This document shows positions 54,833 through 64,000 of a stretch of DNA of 64,000 bases, piece after piece. Each line of letters opens with the position of its first letter. Position 1 is the first letter of the stretch. The position numbers and the translations under genes were made by a program. The notes beneath the pieces are model-generated. The model was given only the letters and a program-made list of their open reading frames with translations. It searched no databases and had not been told where the DNA came from. Origin of the DNA: Octopus vulgaris (taxonomy: Eukaryota); NCBI GenBank assembly GCA_951406725.2, contig OX597830.1, positions 73,966,001 through 74,030,000 on the forward strand, given 5' to 3'.

Positions 54833-54964
54833 GTGGGGCGGTACATCAGCATGGCCACAGCTCTGAATTGAAACTAGAAAAAAAATATTTATATTATAAA
54901 TTATATTGCGAGGTTATATATTATATATCATATATATATATATATATATATATACACATGCACG

Positions 54965-55007
<43 letters not shown>

Positions 55008-55486
55008 TGTGTGTGTGTGTATAGATGTGCGCTTATGTAAGATGGGATGATGTTAAATATCGGTGCAATAAGAAAGAATGTATCGCCGTATTTAATTCCG
55101 AGTGAATTACATCCCCTGATGCCAAAGACGATGTCTACTCCTGTCTTAAGGGACCGATTAGCTAAAATCCATATCAAAACAACGTAAGTGGGGGCCATAC
55201 TATTAATTGAAACCACGTAAAAGATTGCACTCCAGCATGGTCACAAGCCGGGAAAAGAAAATATCAATACCAGGAAAAAATAAATAAATGAAAATGTCTT
55301 AATGAAACTTATGAAAACAGCATTTAATAATATGGTTAAGTTACATATCATAAGGTTACTTTATAACGCATTATTAAATAATCGATAATCGATAAATAGA
55401 ATTTTTGTTGCATTTTTAGTTTATGTGTATTTGTGGATAGTCAGTTAAATTTTTTTTATCCAATACATGTCTACTTATCTTTCGAT

Positions 55487-55543
<57 letters not shown>

Positions 55544-55574
55544 CTATTTTTTTATCTATCTATCCATTTATCTG

Positions 55575-55634
<60 letters not shown>

Positions 55635-55638
55635 ACTA

Positions 55639-55714
<76 letters not shown>

Positions 55715-56267
55715 AATATATAATATATATAATATATATACTTATATATATACTTATATATATGTATATACAATTATATAAATATGTGTATATTTAAACA
55801 CGTACATTTATGTTTAGGTACGTATACATAGGTACGTATATGAATATATGCTACATATATACGTGTGTGTGTGTGTGCGTGTCTGTATGTATGGATTTAG
55901 AAGATAGCAGATAGCAAATGGTTACCATACGGACTTTATTAACCTACCTCTGTTTCCCCTATATGTTTTAGTGAATGCATAGCTGAGTCCCACAGTCACA
56001 CCCTACAGTTTCATCAGGTGCTACAGAGGCATTTAGCTATTTATTCACCTAATCTTATACTGGAAACAACTGTAAAGTATTTAAGTTTCATGAGACAATC
56101 GCTTATTCCTTTGTCAAAAATTTTCTTATGACCCCTCTGTACTCGCCTGTCGCGTCGTTCAATGGTATACATATATTGAGTTCAACATCAGTTTATAAAT
56201 TTAGCAATGCTTAAGCGAAATATGTGTGTGTGTGTGGGTATATATATATATATATATATACACACAC

Positions 56268-56385
<118 letters not shown>

Positions 56386-57169
56386 GAGTAGTTGAATGAA
56401 TTATCTTATTATAGATAATTCGGTTAACCGATACCTGGGTAGCAAATTCACGTCAGAGAAACACGGTTGAAGCTACATTTTATCTGTCATCATATCCATG
56501 CCGGATAATATAGGACAGTGACTGTCAATTAGATCGACCACAATACGCAACTGGTACTTAATTTAGGGCAGAGATCACGTGCTATCGTGTGGAAATTTGT
56601 TTGATTTATTTGTATATTTGTATATTCTTTCATTTATTTGTATATATATATATATATGTATATATATGTATATAAAGAAAATAGCACAGAACTAAGTCTT
56701 GGACATTTCACTTTAAGATGGAATTCAATAAAAATGATTTAAAAAATTATATAAAGAAGATATTACTGGTTGCAATGAATGGCATCTTATCAAATATCAT
56801 TGGAAATTTATGCAAACTTGAAGTAAAAACAGTTTCACTTTTCTCTCTGGGGTTAGGAACATGTCAAGAACACACTCACAAACACACACACACACAAAAG
56901 CACAGACACACACACACACACAGACACACACATATGTATATATATTTTTATTCATATTTTAACAGATAGATAATTCAAAAACATCAAGTGCCGTATATAA
57001 AGCACCCGCCCATCGACAGGTGTGTATGTATGTATGCGTAGAAACATATTTATACTTGCATATATATACATATGCATGCATAAACGCAAACAGACGAATA
57101 CACACGCTGACACACATGCACAAACGCGCATGAGCACACACACATACACACACACACACACACATACAC

Positions 57170-57972
<803 letters not shown>

Positions 57973-58095
57973 TACACTCGTGACCCGAATGCCCTAACCA
58001 CTAACCCACACACCTTCTCTCACACACACATACACATACATACATACAGATAGGCAGAGAGACTGTCAGATATATAGATTGACTTATAGATAAAG

Positions 58096-58178
<83 letters not shown>

Positions 58179-58625
58179 GAACACATATTTTACGAGCTTT
58201 ATAATGGATTTGTTGTTGACTTCCCTCTCGCAACATGTTACACATTTCCTAACTAATACATTAACTTCTGCTTAATTTCACATCAATTTTTCTAATGAAA
58301 AATCAATAAGTATGATATTATCGCTTCGACAATAAAGCGATATTTATCATTGTGATTTGTAGACAAGTGAATAATGAAAAGGTTATAAAAAAATAAAAGA
58401 CGCTTGCTAATTCAAACACACAAACACATGAACACACGCAGACGCAATGAAGAACGTAGGCAAAAGGATACAAACTCATAATTTTACGTATAATGAAATA
58501 TTTTTACACGCTCGTACACAAACATAAAGGTATTCTTTTTGCGTGCGTATGCACTTCTCCCGCTTACTTCTCATCGGCCTCTGTCCACCACCCTCATTGC
58601 CCACAGTAGATAGATATAAATACCC

Positions 58626-58744
<119 letters not shown>

Positions 58745-58748
58745 ATTA

Positions 58749-58785
<37 letters not shown>

Positions 58786-58904
58786 GCATATATACATATA
58801 TATACACACATATATATATACATATATATATTTATATATATATACACATATATATATATACATATATATATGTATATATATATGCATACATATATATATA
58901 TGTA

Positions 58905-58962
<58 letters not shown>

Positions 58963-59005
58963 CACAACCAAATATACTTATATGTATGCGTATACTTGTT
59001 ATATA

Positions 59006-59266
59006 GTGGAAGCACATGACATAGTGGTTAGAGCAGCGAACTCGCGGTCGTGGGATCGCGGGTTCGAATCTCAGACCGGGTGATGTGTGTGTTTATGAGC
59101 GAAACACCCAAGCTGGTGAACTTCTGCTGACTCTTTCGCCACAACTTTATCTCACTCTTTCCTCCTACATCTTTCAGCTCACCAGCGACGGACCGGGGCG
59201 GGGCGGAACCTATACGTCAAGGAAACCGGCCCTATGAGCCAGGCGTAGCTCGAGAAGTAACAAATA
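59006..59266 (+). mobile_element. SINE with C head and alternative tail, 14-bp TSD
   Basis: TSD ATACTTGTTA(T/C)ATA at 58992-59005 and 59267-59280; B-box GGTTCGAATC. Confidence 0.85.
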
Positions 59267-59420
59267 ATACTTGTTACATATATAAACAGTTGCACAAAGA
59301 CTATCATGTTGACACATCGTAGTAAAGGTCACTTCCTCCCCTTAAAGGTATAATATGTACTGTATGCAATTCTTTAGTTTAAAGGTGAATTGTTTTTAGT
59401 GTAACTCGAAATCGGAAGTC

Positions 59421-59625
59421 TTTTTCTACTCCAGGCACAAGGCCCGAAATTTCTGGGGAGGGGGCCGGTTGATTAAATCGACCCCAGTACACAACTAGCA
59501 CTTAATTTATCGACCGCGAAAGGATGAAAGGCAAAGTCAACCTCGGCGGGATTTGAACTCAGAACGTAGCGGCAGACGAAATACCGGTAAGCATTTCGTC
59601 CGGCGTGCCAACGTTTCTGCCAGGT
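59421..59625 (-). mobile_element. SINE-B
   Basis: Reverse-complement homology to 2739-2970. Confidence 0.88.
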
Positions 59626-59726
59626 CGTTGTCTTAACCGAAATAGAAAGTAACATTACTATCTGTGGGTGCATGTGTGTTTGTACGTGTGTGTGCGTGTG
59701 TGCATGTATGTGTGTGTGTGTGTGTG

Positions 59727-59760
<34 letters not shown>

Positions 59761-59938
59761 CGAACAGTTATTGTAAAACTGAAACAGGAACATGTTTACA
59801 TACAAAAAAAAGACAAAAAAATGAAAGAAAATGCTCACGCGTACATATGTATCGGTCCGGATTCTGACCCCACATGTGTGCGCTTGAGGGTGCATGTCTA
59901 AGTATGTATATTTCTGTGGGTTTATATATATAAACATG

Positions 59939-60042
<104 letters not shown>

Positions 60043-60204
60043 CATACATATATACACATACATATATTGAGAGAGAGAGAGAAAGGGATAGATAGATACA
60101 GATACATACATGTATTCATATTTATAGGTAAATGCATACATGTGTGTGTATGTGCGCGTGTGTCTCTCTCTGTACTTGTGTATAACGCACCTATATATAT
60201 ATTC

Positions 60205-60262
<58 letters not shown>

Positions 60263-60548
60263 ATCCGTGTGCGTGTGTATATATGTATACGTATACGTTT
60301 GAAAATAAATGTTCGCACATATTTATATATATATATTTATAGGTGTACATGCGCATGAAAGTCTAAACTATTAAATAAATATTTATTTAACCATTTATAG
60401 AGTAGTGCCGATAGTTGTACGGAAGCTAGCAGACGGAAACTTCGAAGCCACTTTCAAACCTCATCTTGTGAACTATGACAAACAAAAAGAAAAGTATTGA
60501 GTTTCAAAGTTAAGTTGCTTCTCATCATTAAGATCATCATATATACAA

Positions 60549-60580
<32 letters not shown>

Positions 60581-60662
60581 TTGTATATATGATAATCTTA
60601 ATGTATGTGTGTGTATGTGTATATATATATGTATGTATATATGTATATAGATATATATTGTA

Positions 60663-60697
<35 letters not shown>

Positions 60698-60762
60698 AGG
60701 TATATATACGTATGCATATGTATATGGTTATATACATATGTGTATATATGTATGCATATGTT

Positions 60763-60805
<43 letters not shown>

Positions 60806-60814
60806 ATGTATATG

Positions 60815-60864
<50 letters not shown>

Positions 60865-61085
60865 AAGGAGCAGAATTTTTTCTGGGTGATTTAATTAATC
60901 GCCTTTGCTGAAATTCCTGATGGAATGTTTTCTGCAGCCTATAGTGTATAATATGGTGTAAATCTGCATCGTGAGAAGTTGGCAAATACACAAAACACAT
61001 GGCCTTTGAGTTTTATCTAACTGTTTGCATATATATATTTATATAAGGGTGTATGTGTTTCTGTATACATTTATATATATCTATA

Positions 61086-61119
<34 letters not shown>

Positions 61120-61122
61120 ATA

Positions 61123-61160
<38 letters not shown>

Positions 61161-61163
61161 ATA

Positions 61164-61196
<33 letters not shown>

Positions 61197-61223
61197 GCAA
61201 TATATATGTATATATATATATAT

Positions 61224-61255
<32 letters not shown>

Positions 61256-61481
61256 ATATCGTATTATAGTGTTCGCTATATTCTTCTTTATGATTATTAC
61301 CCATGAGATATTTCTAAGAACACACAAACACGAAGGCTCACGAGGATGCGCAGATAACATTTGATGTTGACTGATGGACGTATTGATATGCAACTGTCTT
61401 TGTGATTATATATTGATGTGTGTATATATATATATAGAATATATATTTCATATATATATATATAAAATATATATTTCATAT

Positions 61482-61536
<55 letters not shown>

Positions 61537-61551
61537 TATATTTTATATATA

Positions 61552-61591
<40 letters not shown>

Positions 61592-61659
61592 TTTTATATA
61601 AATATATATATATATATATATATACATACACACAAACATACACATGTTTCCCGTTTAAT

Positions 61660-61820
61660 TATGGCGTTGCGTACATCGCCTTTTTTATCCTTGTATCTTC
61701 TCCGTACAAGAGCTCCGGCTCGAAATGTTAAAAATTTCTTCCATTTTTCTTTCAATTAACATACCCAATTCATTGTTCTTTTACACAGTCGTTATAATTT
61801 TTTTAGCTTTTGGACTATAT
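61660..61820 (+). mobile_element. Decayed hammerhead-bearing Penelope-like remnant
   Basis: A-GAGC-tccg-GCTC-GAAA-TG-TT-aaaa at about 61709-61733; tail resembles 40990-41083. Confidence 0.5.
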
Positions 61821-61939
61821 GTGTATGTGTATGTGTGTGTGCGTGTGTGCGTTTGTGTGTTTATATATGTGTCTGGTGTACTTGTGTGTGTGTGTTTTTA
61901 GATATGAATATATAAGTCAATACAAGCTTCCACCCTCCT

Positions 61940-62162
61940 ATGTTTACCGTTTGACCTACTAGAAGTAAGATTCTAAATGTTCCTCAAATCACTCTTTCTT
62001 CATCTTGAAAAGAGACAGACATATTGGAAAATACAGCCCCTGTTACACAGCGTCTGGACATTTCCTTTGATCACACGAGTAAAATGCTTTGATCACAGAT
62101 CGGATCTCTTTGATCATAGTTCTGATCGATGAGTGCTGATTTGATGCTAAACAGCAACAACT
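61940..62162 (+). repeat. Old interspersed repeat with (AAC)n tail (SINE/LINE-like family E)
   Basis: ...TTTGATCATAG.TCTG.TCGAT...GCTAAACA(AC)n; related fragments near 19755, 20715, 30610-31300 (host of the MITE), 17730 and 54170. Confidence 0.5.
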
Positions 62163-62194
62163 ACAATACGCACGCACACACACAAACACACACA

Positions 62195-62233
<39 letters not shown>

Positions 62234-62688
62234 ACACACATACACATGCAATATAAGCTTATGAGTAGTGAATTATTTATATATAAACAACCAAATAACT
62301 ATTGATTTATATCAAAGTCACTGGAGATCGAATTGTAAGAATAGGGTTAGTTCATTGAAATCGACCCCAATTTTGGAATAGTGTTTTATGATATTGACCC
62401 AGGAGGGGTGAAAATCAAAGCTGACCTTGGTGAGTTCCGAAATCAGAACTCATATAATAAATATGGATTTTATTGACACTATAAATTATGATGAAAATAT
62501 AAATATCGAGTGAGCACTCCCTCTCTCTCTCTCTCTATCCCTCTCTCTCTCTCTATCCCTCTTTCTCTTTCTCTCTCTCTTTCTCACTCTTTCTGTCCTC
62601 CTGGGGAAAATTTCGAATTAATTTTCTTGCTGATGCACTGATGCAGACATCTGGATACTTATTTATATATACCTATATATACACGTTT

Positions 62689-62753
<65 letters not shown>

Positions 62754-62790
62754 TATATAATATAAATAATATAATATATACATATATACA

Positions 62791-62893
<103 letters not shown>

Positions 62894-62906
62894 GTATACA
62901 CACATA

Positions 62907-63120
62907 CACGAGGACGAGCTGAAAAGTTCCTGGCTTTGGATAATAGATAATACGGGTGGATCAGATCCTTTTCAATATATTCCCTTCTCAGAATTACACA
63001 TTTATTGCAGCGGTCCTTCAGTTTTTACTAGGCCCTGTAAAAGAACTCGGTAAGTTGGGCATCTACCCAGGCCTTTCGCGATAACCTTCAAGTCAGGGAC
63101 TTTTCAGCACCGACCCTCTC
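62907..63120 (-). mobile_element. Mariner-derived MITE
   Basis: TIRs GCTGAAAAGTTCCTGGCTT and AAGTCAGGGACTTTTCAGC; homologous to 19142-19368. Confidence 0.75.
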
Positions 63121-63514
63121 CTGTGTATACATACCTACATACATACATGGATAAAGACAGACAGGCAGACAGACAGACAGACAGAAAGACAGATATAGAT
63201 AAATATATAGATTGATATAGATATGAACCGACGCCAGTACTCATTATCTAAACCTAGTACTAATGCTACCGACCTGATTCGTTGCAGCACTAGGTTATGG
63301 GGACATACCAGCACCGGTTGTCAAGGAGGACAAACAAAGACACACATGCGCGCGTACGCTCAAACAGACACACACTCATATGTGTGTGTGATATACTTCA
63401 GTAAGTATCCGTACCAAATCCAGAACCATCTTACTACAACACCACGCCAGCGCATATGATATTAATATATATAATATATTAATATATATATATATATATA
63501 CATACATACATATA

Positions 63515-63575
<61 letters not shown>

Positions 63576-63582
63576 TATATAC

Positions 63583-63650
<68 letters not shown>

Positions 63651-63814
63651 GTACACATATATATATATACATGCAGATAGTATATATAAATATATATTCT
63701 TACATTCTGTAATTTTATAAGTTTCAGTCCTAATGCTGCTGCTATGTTAGGGCACTGCCAGTGTGTGCGTGTGTGTGTGTGTGGGGGGCGTATGTGTGTG
63801 TAACTAGTGAAGAA

Positions 63815-64000
63815 CAAGTGTCAATCCATTACGGCCGTTTCTAACGACTCCCTTGATTGATTAATCCTGACGTTATGTCAATTCGAAAGAGACTGTTTCC
63901 TATAGATGGATATTTTACAATGAAAATATTCAAAATATTTTAACATTGTTTCAAAGTTTTAAAAAAGTTCAGTTGACAGAATATTCATTAATCAATTAAA
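63815..64000 (-). mobile_element. Degenerate hammerhead-bearing remnant related in architecture to 33411
   Basis: Minus strand reads TTGACA-TAACG...CGTTA-GAAA-CGGCCG-TA. Confidence 0.4.

Overview
Eukaryotic, AT-rich and extremely microsatellite-dense DNA ((TA)n, (CA)n, (TACA)n, (TAGA)n, (GA)n, (ATT/CTT/ATC)n). It is packed with tRNA-derived SINEs. From memory these match octopus (coleoid cephalopod) genomic repeats, which is inference and not a database result. No protein-coding exon, rRNA, true tRNA or CRISPR array can be supported, and nearly all listed ORFs are translations of microsatellites or SINEs, so the window is intergenic or intronic. Content: at least four modular SINE families (many copies, three with clear TSDs), an (AAC)n-tailed repeat family, several DNA-transposon MITEs (8-bp-TSD, mariner-like, pogo/Tigger-like), a non-autonomous Helitron and RTE-like LINE tails. 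The most interesting signal is a set of short elements embedded in (TA)n tracts that form long fold-back hairpins. Some carry minimal type I hammerhead ribozyme motifs of the Penelope-like retroelement kind. Others share a covarying stem-loop motif with a hammerhead-like 3' half but a non-canonical 5' core. Local templated or inverted duplications also occur at (TA)n sites. Coordinates were read by eye and may be off by a few bases.
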